A stretch of DNA of 34,491 nucleotides from Ascoidea asiatica JCM 7603. Its lineage: Eukaryota; Fungi; Ascomycota. Made by a program: the position numbers and the translations under genes. The DNA lies in contig BCKQ01000003.1 in assembly GCA_001600695.1 (NCBI GenBank), positions 257,268 to 291,758 of the forward strand, in the 5' to 3' direction. The notes beneath the pieces were generated by a model. That model was not told the origin of the DNA. It was given only the letters and a program-made list of their open reading frames with translations, and made no database searches. Of the stretch, positions 1 through 10,143 are shown piece after piece; positions within the stretch are counted from its first letter, which is position 1; the number at the start of each line of letters is the position of its first letter.

Positions 1-1404
1 GGTTTTTTAATAAACTTGAACGAAAGTAAAAAGAGAAAAGGAAAATTTGCCACCAGGACGGAAAACAAAGGACACGACCTACGGAAAGTAGGACGGACAC
101 GGAAATAAACGGAAAACAAAAAAAAAAGAAAATCCCATAAAAAGAAGGGCTTTACTAGGGTGATTTTAACACTTTCTAACCACTAACCAGCATGATAAGC
201 CCAAATTGGTTGCTAAGAAGTGGCAATTAAATATTTTCATCTTCACCATCAATGACTTTATATAATTCTTCATTAAATTGAGATAATTGATCAATAGAAT
301 CTAAAAACAATATTTTCTTTTCAATTACCCTTTAAATAATATTCCGAATTATTTAGAGTTGACTTTTCGCAATGGAGTCCAGGTTCCACGGAGCATGTGT
401 CCAGCTAAATTACGTTGGCCACAGTGTGGCGTGGTAGTTCCAATTCATTACGTGGTTGGAGAGTGGGTTTAGTTTAGCTATTGAGTTGGGAGAGGAATCG
501 TTTGCATGAAAATGTAAAAGCGAGTTCAGAATGTCACATCTTGGCGTTTTTAAAGTTTTCGTGCATTTAAAATTTAAGTCTTCATTCTTCATGTTAAAAG
601 GTTCCGGGCTATTGGAGTCACAACTGACATGTGAATATTCAGTTGGGTACTCCCGGTTCCACAGGTTGCGGGATGTTCCCGAAAAGTAGTTTCGGGCTAG
701 AAAAACTGTCCTGTCAAAAAGAAGGACCGCTTAAGGCAAAATTGAGAAAATCGGGTCTCTACTGCGACCCCGAGTTTTAAATATCGGGTCTGTACACTAG
801 TTGTGTTTCATCGAACGAAAAAACATTCCGGCGTTCAGTTTCATCTGCTCCAACATTCCCGCGTTCAGTTTATAGAGGGTCTCGTAATTAAGTAAAGTTA
901 ATATGAAATATTTTTTGATTTAAAGATTTATACCAAGTAATAAATGATTATATCTCCACTCTTTTTATAAATCAATATAATAATTATAGAAATAAATTTG
1001 TTTATTATCTTCATTTTTAGAAATTTTATTTACATATTTGCTTTTATAAAAGTGGGGGACTATTTTTAAGAAAATTTATAGGGTATAAAATTACTAAATA
1101 TTTAAAATTTGAAACAAAAAATGCAAGAGCAAAAAAAAATGCAAAAGCAAAAGGAACAACGAAAAGAATAGCGAAAGCAAAAGCAGAGACAAAACTTAAA
1201 GCAAGAATAAAATTAAAAGGTAAAGCAAAAAATGAGAAGTTGGGAATAAAAATTTATCTAAAGTTGTGAAAAAACTAAAATGATGAACAATAAGTAAAAA
1301 AAAATAAATTTAAATGAAAAAAAAGTTGATTATAAGAGAAATTAAACAAGACTAGAAAAATTATAATATATCTATACTGTATAACTATTTTAATCTTCAA
1401 AATT

Positions 1405-4137
1405 TCAAATTTCATTTTTTTCTTTAAATTCTTTCTCTAATTTGAAATTCAATTTTAAATTCTTTTTATCTTCATTCAATTCTTTTTCTTTCTCCTTTTC
1501 TTTATCTTTCTCTTTCGCTTTTGATATATTTGAAGTATTCGAAATATGGGAATTTAATGAATTTCGTCGATGATTACTACTTAAAATATTATCCCATTCA
1601 CTATTAAAGTTATCATTATCATTATTATTGTGATCATTACTTTTAAGAAAATTTGAACTATTAAACATTTTCTTTGGTGATGATGTTGATATTCTTATTG
1701 GCCTTGGTAATGCAAATGAATTGTCATCAATTATTTCAAAAGGTTTAACTTCATTAAATTTTTTTTCAATTAATTTATTATTACTGACATTATTTTTAGG
1801 TATTTCAATACTTAAGTCATTTATATTATTTTTTGTTAATGTTTCATTATTATAATTTGAATTATTAATATCTTTATCCTCATTATCTTTATCATTATCT
1901 TTATCTTTATCTTTGATATTTATATCCTTATCTTCTTTATTTATAGATGGTATATTACTATTATCATTATTATTCATGTTATTGATATCAATTTCATTAT
2001 CCAGAAAATTATTATGATCATTAATACTTACAGTACTATTCATTCTATTACTTAAAACATCTGCCATTATTGATTTATTATCATTTGGGGATGTTGATTT
2101 AAAATTATGTAAAATTCTATCATTTCCTTTTGAATAAATATTATTATTATTAATATATGATATTGGTTTACTCAATGTTGGTGAATTTAATTTGAATCCA
2201 TTTGAATTATTACTAAAACTTATATCACTATTAGTGGTGTTATTATTAACATTATTATTAGCATTAATATTATTAACATTATTATTATTATTATTGATAT
2301 TAATATTTGAATTATTTGATTTTATCAGTTGTTTTGATTCATTTCTTTGTAAAAATGAAAAAGGAATTTTACTACTCCAACTTGAAGAATTAATTTGATT
2401 TGAATTATGATTATGATTATGATTAAGATTATGATTTAAAGATAAATTTGGAGTTTTTGGAGACGATTGATTTGAAAATTCATTTGATAATTTCATTGAA
2501 GAGAAGTTTTTATTAATATTATTATTAATATTATTGTTATTGCTATTATTATTGATAAAAGAATTTTGTTCTAAGGTTGAGATTGAAGTCTTTTGAGATA
2601 ATAAACCATTATAATTATTATTATATTTCATTAATTCTTCTTCTTGTTTTGCAAAATCTAAATCATTTGCAAATGGATCAGGAGATTTTGAAATTAAATC
2701 ATCTAAACCATTACCAGACCAACCTTTTTTAGCAATATTTTCATAAATTTCTAAATGAGATCTAACAACAGAACCAGCTCTTGATAAAGTTCTTAAAGAA
2801 GAATTTTGAATAATTTCATAAGAATATTGATAATAATCATGTTTTAATTTGTCAATTTCATTAATTTTATTTGAAATTAAATTAATTATATTTCTATAGT
2901 CAATTAAATTTCTTAATTTTGAATTTGAAATTTTTTGATTTTTTTTTTCTAAATTTTTTAAAATTTGAGTTTTTTCTTTAATTAAATTTTTAAAATATTC
3001 ATCATTATTTAATATTGAAATTTTTAAAATTTCAATTTCTTTAATTAAAGGTAATTCAAAAGACTTTTCAATTGCAGAAATTAATAATTGTTGATGATTT
3101 GAAATTAAAAAATGTAAACCAGCAGCAGACATTAAACCTTGAGCAGAATTTTCTGAACCTTTTAATCTTGCAAAATTTTCTAAAGATGCACCAAAATCAC
3201 TTGCAGAATTTGAAATATTTAATAAAGAATTTTTATAAGTTTTAATTGAATTTAATAAAGAATCATAAGATTTTAAAGTTTTTTTAATATCATCTTTTGT
3301 AATTAAAGTTGGTAAATCTAATACAGAAGGTGTATAAGATATTGTTGAATTTACTGTTGACATTGATTGTTTTCTTAAAAGATTTAAATTTGTATTTGAA
3401 TTTGAATTTGAATTATAGTTTGAATATCTTGATTTTGAAGATATTGGACTTTTTAAGATATTATTATTATTACTATCATAATTAAAAGATTTATTTGAAG
3501 AAAAATTTTTATTTGAAGATTGATTTACATTTTGATTTGAAGATGGGTTTTGATTTGAATTTGAATTTGAATTATAGTTTGAATATCTTGATTTTGAAGA
3601 TATTGGACTTTTTAAGATATTATTATTATTACTATCATAATTAAAAGATTTATTTGAAGAAAAATTTTTATTTGAAGATTGATTTACATTTTGATTTGAA
3701 GATGGGTTTTGATTTGAATTTGAATTTGAATTATAGTTTGAATATCTTGATTTTGAAGATATTGGACTTTTTAAGATATTATTATTATTACTATCATAAT
3801 TAAAAGATTTATTTGAAGAAAAATTTTTATTTGAAGATTGATTTACATTTTGATTTGAAGATGGGTTTTGATTTGAATTTGAATTTGAATTTAAATTTGG
3901 ATTAGTTATAAAAGAATATAATTCAGATAAATGAGGAGCTCTGAAAGGTATTATTGAATCCGAAGCTAATTTTATATTTGAATTACTTTGATTACTATTT
4001 AAACTATTATTACTATTATTACTGATATTACTTATATTACTATCATTACTTGAAATTGAAGTATTTGGATTATGAGAAATTCTAGAAGAAGAAGTTGGAA
4101 ATCCATTATCTATATAAGAATCAGCAATATATGACAT
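1405..4137 (-). CDS. IVY1: Ivy1-like I-BAR/IMD-domain vacuole/endosome protein with long Asn/Ser-rich extensions
   Basis: 910-aa ORF. The central helical block LPTLITKDDIKKTLKSYDSLL...SNSASDFGASLENFARLKG...GLMSAAGLHFLISNHQQLL...HLEIYENIAKKGWSGNGLDDL matches my recollection of yeast Ivy1 (YDR229W). Flanks are low-complexity. Confidence 0.85.
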   Translation of the reverse strand: MSYIADSYIDNGFPTSSSRISHNPNTSISSNDSNISNISNNSNNSLNSNQSNSNIKLASDSIIPFRAPHLSELYSFITNPNLNSNSNSNQNPSSNQNVNQSSNKNFSSNKSFNYDSNNNNILKSPISSKSRYSNYNSNSNSNQNPSSNQNVNQSSNKNFSSNKSFNYDSNNNNILKSPISSKSRYSNYNSNSNSNQNPSSNQNVNQSSNKNFSSNKSFNYDSNNNNILKSPISSKSRYSNYNSNSNSNTNLNLLRKQSMSTVNSTISYTPSVLDLPTLITKDDIKKTLKSYDSLLNSIKTYKNSLLNISNSASDFGASLENFARLKGSENSAQGLMSAAGLHFLISNHQQLLISAIEKSFELPLIKEIEILKISILNNDEYFKNLIKEKTQILKNLEKKNQKISNSKLRNLIDYRNIINLISNKINEIDKLKHDYYQYSYEIIQNSSLRTLSRAGSVVRSHLEIYENIAKKGWSGNGLDDLISKSPDPFANDLDFAKQEEELMKYNNNYNGLLSQKTSISTLEQNSFINNNSNNNNINNNINKNFSSMKLSNEFSNQSSPKTPNLSLNHNLNHNHNHNSNQINSSSWSSKIPFSFLQRNESKQLIKSNNSNININNNNNNVNNINANNNVNNNTTNSDISFSNNSNGFKLNSPTLSKPISYINNNNIYSKGNDRILHNFKSTSPNDNKSIMADVLSNRMNSTVSINDHNNFLDNEIDINNMNNNDNSNIPSINKEDKDINIKDKDKDNDKDNEDKDINNSNYNNETLTKNNINDLSIEIPKNNVSNNKLIEKKFNEVKPFEIIDDNSFALPRPIRISTSSPKKMFNSSNFLKSNDHNNNDNDNFNSEWDNILSSNHRRNSLNSHISNTSNISKAKEKDKEKEKEKELNEDKKNLKLNFKLEKEFKEKNEI
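3394..3891. repeat. Perfect in-frame tandem repeat, 159-bp unit (53 aa), about 3.1 copies, inside IVY1
   Basis: AATTATAGTTTGAATATCTTG recurs at 3411, 3570 and 3729 (period 159). The translated unit NSNSNSNQNPSSNQNVNQSSNKNFSSNKSFNYDSNNNNILKSPISSKSRYSNY occurs three times. Confidence 0.97.
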
Positions 4138-4723
4138 TTTTAATTGAAAAATTAAATATATAAATAAAAATTGAAAATATATGAATATTATTTTAATTCG
4201 ACTCAGGAATCAGGATTCAGGAATAAGAAATTTTAATTTCAATTATTTATTGAATTGAAAATAAATGGGGATATGATTTAATTATTTAATCTAATTGACT
4301 GAGGAAATAATTTAAAGGAGTAAAATATATACTGATAGTGTATTATTATTATTATTATTGAAAGGAATGTTTATAAACAAAAGTGAATTCTCGAAGGAGA
4401 TGTAAAATTGAAAAAGTAAACGTAATAGGAATATATATTAGATATGTTATTGTTTATCTGTATTTTGTTAACTACCTGATTAGTTAATTAGTCAAATGAT
4501 AAGGTAGTACTGTACTTGATGATTTGATATTTTTCAATTATTGAAATAAAGATTGATATATTCAATATTTACTTTTCTTTTTGATAATTATTTATTAACT
4601 ATTATCTATTTAATTATTTTATTATTATTATTTAAAGATTGTTTATTTAATAAATATTTATTTGATATTTTTTACTTTGAGGTTGTTTTTGATTTGAAAG
4701 TGAAAGTGAATTTGGCGGCGAAG

Positions 4724-4731
4724 TTACCCGG
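4724..4731 (+). promoter_or_regulatory. Reb1-type site in a small GC-rich patch upstream of IVY1
   Basis: TTACCCGG matches the Reb1 consensus. It lies next to GGCGGCG, GAGTCA and CACGTTT in a roughly 40-bp GC-rich patch. Confidence 0.5.
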
Positions 4732-4949
4732 TCGAGTCAGCACGTTTAAAAAAGAAAGAACAAGAAAACAGGAAAACAAAACACTGCAATGGATGATAAC
4801 GATGAAGATATAAAAGAATGAAGAGAACTACAATGATAAGAAGAGGTGTTAAAGAAAAAGAATTGTGGATTACTATTTAAGGTATGAACTGTTAATAACA
4901 ATGCCAATGCTTGTGTAGAAATATGAATGCAAATGGATTAATAAATCAA

Positions 4950-5354
4950 TTATGCTGAACACATTTTACAGTCAGTTCTGGTGTCTTCACAGGCAGAACC
5001 ATAATAACCACCAGCAGATTGCATTGAAGCAATACACAGATTGACTCTATCAAGACAGCTATTGTAACCAACTGAATCATCATAACATGAAGTACCATTG
5101 GATGGATCAAAATCAGAATCATAAACAGCAGCAGCAGTGGTAGTTGCAGATTCTGCAGATGTAATTGTTGTTAAATCATTTGTAGCAGCAGTACTTGTTT
5201 CTGCAACAGTACTAAAAGAATCACTAGATTCACCAGTTTCAGTTGCTGCAACTGAGATTGTAACAAAGGTTGTAGCTGATGTATAATTACTACCAGATAA
5301 TATAGCTGATGATGAAGCAATTAGTAATGATAAAATAGTAATTGAGAATTGCAT
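4950..5354 (-). CDS. Small secreted Ser/Thr/Ala-rich protein with C-terminal 6-Cys module
   Basis: 134 aa, AAAA-ATG start context. Signal-peptide-like MQFSITILSLLIASSSA, S/T-rich stalk, NYT and NGT sequons, six Cys in the last 45 aa, no hydrophobic GPI tail. Confidence 0.8.
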   Translation of the reverse strand: MQFSITILSLLIASSSAILSGSNYTSATTFVTISVAATETGESSDSFSTVAETSTAATNDLTTITSAESATTTAAAVYDSDFDPSNGTSCYDDSVGYNSCLDRVNLCIASMQSAGGYYGSACEDTRTDCKMCSA

Positions 5355-6754
5355 TTTTGTTTAATTTGTTTGATTTGTTTTAATTAAGGAAAGACTAGAA
5401 GTTAATTTTAAAAGGAATGACTGAAAGATTTAAGCTAATTTAAAAAAGCAAAAAAATATAAATATAATGATATAATAATAATATAATAGTATAATAATAG
5501 ATTAATATAATATTGATAATATTGATAATAAAGAGAAGAAGGAAAAAAAAAAAAAAAAAGAAAATCAGAATTACAAATTATTCAGACAATTCCATCTTAT
5601 TTATATATCCATATTTTTTTTTACTTACTTCATTTATTAAATAATTTTTACTCTATGAATAGTAGAATTAGTTCATGATACATTAGATACTTTTGATACC
5701 TTTGATACTTTTGACGCTTTCTTTTTTGTATCTAAAAAAAATGAATGGATTAAACTTAAAGACTATTCATTTATCCAGTTCTTTTTTATATAATAATTTA
5801 ACAATAGATAATCTATTTAACCAAGGTTACCAATAATCAAAACAATTTTTACAATTTAAACTCAATTGTCGATCTTCATTATTGAAAAATTCAAGAACTT
5901 AAACAATTTTAAACGCTTCAAGGCTTTAAATTATTTTACATTGTTTATTTCGTAAATCAAATATCTTAGTACTACAAGCTTTATTTCAATTTCTTTTAAA
6001 TGTTTCTCAGTTATTTTTCAGTTGCTTATTGATTGAATCAGAATGAAATACTTTCTTTTAAATCGTGTAAATCTAAAATATTTTTTGTTTCAAAACCATT
6101 AAAGCCATTAAAGAACATATTCTTAGTAATATTCTCTCACAATAACTTCAAATAATTCTCTTAAAAACATTAATTGTCCTTGAATTATTTTTCTAAACAA
6201 TAAAATTTCAATTCAAGATGTCTTCATTCACTTTTATATTTGTATTGCATTGGAATCCTTCACTTTTAATGTATCATCAACAACACTAGAAACAGAGTAA
6301 GGATAATATAATAATATAATACTATAATAATATAATACTATAATAATATAATACTATAATAATATATATTAGTATAAAATAGATTAAACAAACAGTACGA
6401 CCCATAGTTAACACTCACACGACACAAAGCCAGTCATGCTATTAGGTACAGTGATTACTCACTGGTATCTAGAATACACCAAAATTAGGAAACGTGGCTG
6501 GTTTTAATACGCCACTGATAAACCTTAAATTGCTTTTTTTGTTTTTGAGACCGGTTTTGCGGTTCTTCTTTTTTTCTGATTCGTGTTTTTAGTCTAAAGC
6601 AAACTCATCAACCAGCAATAAAATATATGAATAAATAAATAAATAAATAAATAATCCATTAAATATTTCATTTCATTTCCATTAAACTATTCTTTATAAA
6701 ATCATCAATATATTTATTTATAGATTGAGTAACAGTAATAATAACAAGAATAAC

Positions 6755-8566
6755 ATGTCTGATTCTTTGATAAAAGCTGTATTCTTAGTTGAATTTGATG
6801 TTAAAATAGGTTATGAATTAAAATGGTCATATAATCCAAAAAATATAAATTTAGATTTTATTGAATTTAAATCTTTACCAAGTGGTTTACATTTTTATTC
6901 AAATGTTTTTTTTAAATTCATACATCATCATCAATCAAATGATTATTTTTATAATTCTTTAGTTAATTTTCAACAAAATGGTTATAATATTAATCAAAAT
7001 AATAATAGTAATGAAGTTGAAAATGGAATTGAAAATTTAAGAAATAAAATTAAAATGTTTTCATTAGGTATTTTATTTGATAATTATTATAATAATGATT
7101 TAGATACTACTTGGATTTATCAAAATATTCTAAATCAAAGTTTATCTAACTTTATTCAATTTAATTTCAATGAAAATTTAACTAATTCTACCAATTCTAC
7201 TAATTCCAATGATTATAATTATGATATTCTTAATAATAATTTAATTAATGAACTTTTTCAATTAAATATTCCAATTCAATCAAATTTGAGCTCAAAAGAT
7301 ACTTATTCAATTTCAAAATCTTTAAATATAAATTTAAATGATATAAATTATATCTTAAACTCTTTTGGTCCAATTTTTTTAAAACTTATAAGATTATTAT
7401 TATCAAATAATAATATTCTAATAAAAAATAATTTAAATAATTTCACCTTTAATTCATCATTAGATTCTTCATTAACAAATCATTCTCAAATTGAAAATAA
7501 TTCAAAACTTCTATTAATTTTACAATTAATAATTAATCATTTATTATCTGAAAAACTATATAATAAAAATTATAATTTAAATTTTCTTTATAATATCACT
7601 TTACAAGATTTAAATTGGTTTAAAAAATTTTCAAATAAAAATATTAATAAAAGCTTTATTGCAATGACTTCAGATGATATAATCATTTCAAATTATAAAA
7701 CTTATAATATTGATTATATTATTGAGTTCAACTATGATAATAATTTAAATTTATTCATTCCAATTATCAAAAAAATTCAAAATCCTAAAATTTTAAATTA
7801 TTCAAATTTAGATCTTTCAAATTATCTGTTTTTAAATAATAATTATTCTATTAAATTATGGTTAGATAATAATAATATCAATAATTTTAGTAATTTCAAT
7901 AATATTTTTAATTTTTTACTAAAATTTATTGAAAATTTCTTGAAGTTTTTCATAAATTTATTCATAAAAAATAAAAAAAATTTCAAAAAAAGTTTACATA
8001 ATAAATCAATTAAAAAAATTAATAATAAAAATCTAAAAAATTTAAATAAATCTTTCAAGAAAATCCATCATTTAAATAATAATAATAATAATGATTCAAT
8101 TTCCTTATTATCTGACATTGATCATTATAATAATGAAATTGATAATGATAATGATAATTCAACTTTATATAAATCGAATTCTTCTTTACCTTTATCATCT
8201 CCTGATTTTCAATCTCAATCTCAATCTCAAACAGCAATTAGTAATGCAAATGATAATCATAATGAAACTGAAATTGAGAAAAACCTTGATAATGATTTAA
8301 TACCATTTTTAACAAATTTTTATAAAAATTTAGATAATTATATAAATTCATTATCTATTAAAGAAAACTTAAATGAAAGTTCAAATTCAAATTCAAATGA
8401 AGATTCAAATATATTAGAATTATCATATATTGATATTAAATTATTAAATTTAGATAATTATGATTATGATGATATTGAATTTATTAGAAAATATATTAAA
8501 TTGAATTTAAATAAAGATATTTCATTATCAAATTTTTGGAATTTTTTAAAATCTTGGTTTATATAA
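6755..8566 (+). CDS. ANR2: Anr2/DENND11-like (AVL9-related DENN superfamily) protein
   Basis: First ATG is at 6755 (the track start at 6725 is TTG). N-terminal motifs AVFLVEFDVKIGYELKWS and IEFKSLPSGLH are typical of this family. The remainder is divergent and Asn-rich. Confidence 0.72.
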   Translation: MSDSLIKAVFLVEFDVKIGYELKWSYNPKNINLDFIEFKSLPSGLHFYSNVFFKFIHHHQSNDYFYNSLVNFQQNGYNINQNNNSNEVENGIENLRNKIKMFSLGILFDNYYNNDLDTTWIYQNILNQSLSNFIQFNFNENLTNSTNSTNSNDYNYDILNNNLINELFQLNIPIQSNLSSKDTYSISKSLNINLNDINYILNSFGPIFLKLIRLLLSNNNILIKNNLNNFTFNSSLDSSLTNHSQIENNSKLLLILQLIINHLLSEKLYNKNYNLNFLYNITLQDLNWFKKFSNKNINKSFIAMTSDDIIISNYKTYNIDYIIEFNYDNNLNLFIPIIKKIQNPKILNYSNLDLSNYLFLNNNYSIKLWLDNNNINNFSNFNNIFNFLLKFIENFLKFFINLFIKNKKNFKKSLHNKSIKKINNKNLKNLNKSFKKIHHLNNNNNNDSISLLSDIDHYNNEIDNDNDNSTLYKSNSSLPLSSPDFQSQSQSQTAISNANDNHNETEIEKNLDNDLIPFLTNFYKNLDNYINSLSIKENLNESSNSNSNEDSNILELSYIDIKLLNLDNYDYDDIEFIRKYIKLNLNKDISLSNFWNFLKSWFI

Positions 8567-8871
8567 TATATAATATAAAGTATATATATTTTTATGAAAA
8601 TCTAAAAAATATAGAGAATTTAGAGAATTTAAAGAATTTATTAGAATTTGAATAATTTTAAATAACAAGTTAATGAAATATAAGAAACTGAATATATAAA
8701 AACAATGAATTAAATGACTTTAATGAATCTGAAGAAATAATGAAGTTAAGAGAGTAAGTAAAGTTAATGAAATTGATAAAATTGATGAAGTTAGTGAAAT
8801 TGATGAAATAAATAAATGAAGAAATGAAGATTTAATGAAATATATAAATTGAATAAAAAAAAGCTTTAAAT

Positions 8872-10143
8872 TTATTTATCATTTTTCCAAGAACCTTCAA
8901 ACATATGTTTTGCAAAAGCCATTTCATCATTATCATTTTTAGCACCCATTTGACCAACACCAGGACTAAAACTTGTTATTGGTAAAATTAAAACATCATC
9001 AATGACAATAGGAATTTCCATACCAGTGAAAAATTCCCAAGAAATTGGTTTTAAATTATTTGAATTTTCTTTATTATCTTTATGTTTTGGATTATAATTA
9101 ATAATTTTAAATTGATCAATTTTATTATTATTAATAACAATATTATTTAAATAATCAAATATTGAATCTGTGAAAATTCCAGGACCTGTCCAATTCATTA
9201 TATCAGAACCTTCTTCAGAACCTTTTGATAAAGATAAATTTTTATCATTATATTTATTAATTGTGAATTGAGTAATTTTTAAAATTAATTCTCTTAATAA
9301 TGGATGACCTTTTTTTGATTGAATTGTCCATTGACAAAATTGAATTCTTCTTGCATACCAATCATTCCAATCAGGTCTATCAGGATCAGCTTCAATACCA
9401 ATTGTTAAACCAATATTAACATTTTGATTAAATAAAGTTTGATTATAAGTTAACCAATTATCAATTGATTTTAAAGACATTGTATCAATATCAGAATAAG
9501 TACCACCATTTGCAAAAAGTATTAAATATCTAAAAAAATCAGCTTTTAAAATATTTTTTGGTAAATTTTTATAAGCAAAATAAATTTCAGGTATTTGAAA
9601 TTCATATAAATTTTTTATAATTTCTTCAGACATTTCATCAGTTAAAATTTTATGAATATAATTTGGATTTAATTTTTTCCAAGATTTTGAAAAAAATTTA
9701 AAATTTTTTGGAAATTTTTTATTTGAAATATCAACTTTCCAAGTTTGCCAAATAATTTTTGGTAATGGTTTATTTGGTTCATATGGATAAAAAAAAGATA
9801 ATTTAGATCTAATTGAATTTGTATTTGTATTTGAATTTAATTCAAATTCTTTACCAAAATAATCTTTTAGATTTATTTGATTTGGATCAGGATTTTTTAT
9901 TGAATCATCATTTAAAAAATTTATAAATTCATCAGATAAATTATTTTTATTTTGTATTAAATTATGTTTATTGTTTTTGTTATTATAGTTATTGTTATTG
10001 TTATTGTTATTATTATTATTATTATCTCTTTTTAGAATAAAATTGAATATTGAGAATATTTGATTTGATAATAGAATTGAAATTAAGTAAAATGAGATGA
10101 TTAACAATATTATATATTTGAATTTTCTATTTATTGAAAACAT
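8872..10143 (-). CDS. OCH1: Initiating alpha-1,6-mannosyltransferase (GT32), type II Golgi membrane protein
   Basis: N-terminal TM. Motifs IIWQTWK, LKADFFRYLILFANGGTYSDIDT (DxD), GIEADPDRPDWNDWYARRIQFCQWTIQ, WTGPGIFTD. The C-terminal LPITSFSPGVGQMGA...KHMFEGSWK favours Och1 over Hoc1. Confidence 0.92.
   Translation of the reverse strand: MFSINRKFKYIILLIISFYLISILLSNQIFSIFNFILKRDNNNNNNNNNNNNYNNKNNKHNLIQNKNNLSDEFINFLNDDSIKNPDPNQINLKDYFGKEFELNSNTNTNSIRSKLSFFYPYEPNKPLPKIIWQTWKVDISNKKFPKNFKFFSKSWKKLNPNYIHKILTDEMSEEIIKNLYEFQIPEIYFAYKNLPKNILKADFFRYLILFANGGTYSDIDTMSLKSIDNWLTYNQTLFNQNVNIGLTIGIEADPDRPDWNDWYARRIQFCQWTIQSKKGHPLLRELILKITQFTINKYNDKNLSLSKGSEEGSDIMNWTGPGIFTDSIFDYLNNIVINNNKIDQFKIINYNPKHKDNKENSNNLKPISWEFFTGMEIPIVIDDVLILPITSFSPGVGQMGAKNDNDEMAFAKHMFEGSWKNDK

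Noticed and set aside
2192-2398. Antisense or overlapping ORFs inside genes (also 7843, 8055, 8091, 18661, 21364, 23397, 29767, 30751, 31160, 31297, 33828, 34079, 34086)
   Set aside because: Shadow frames of low-complexity coding DNA (antisense of AAT runs gives Leu/Ile runs); no independent support.
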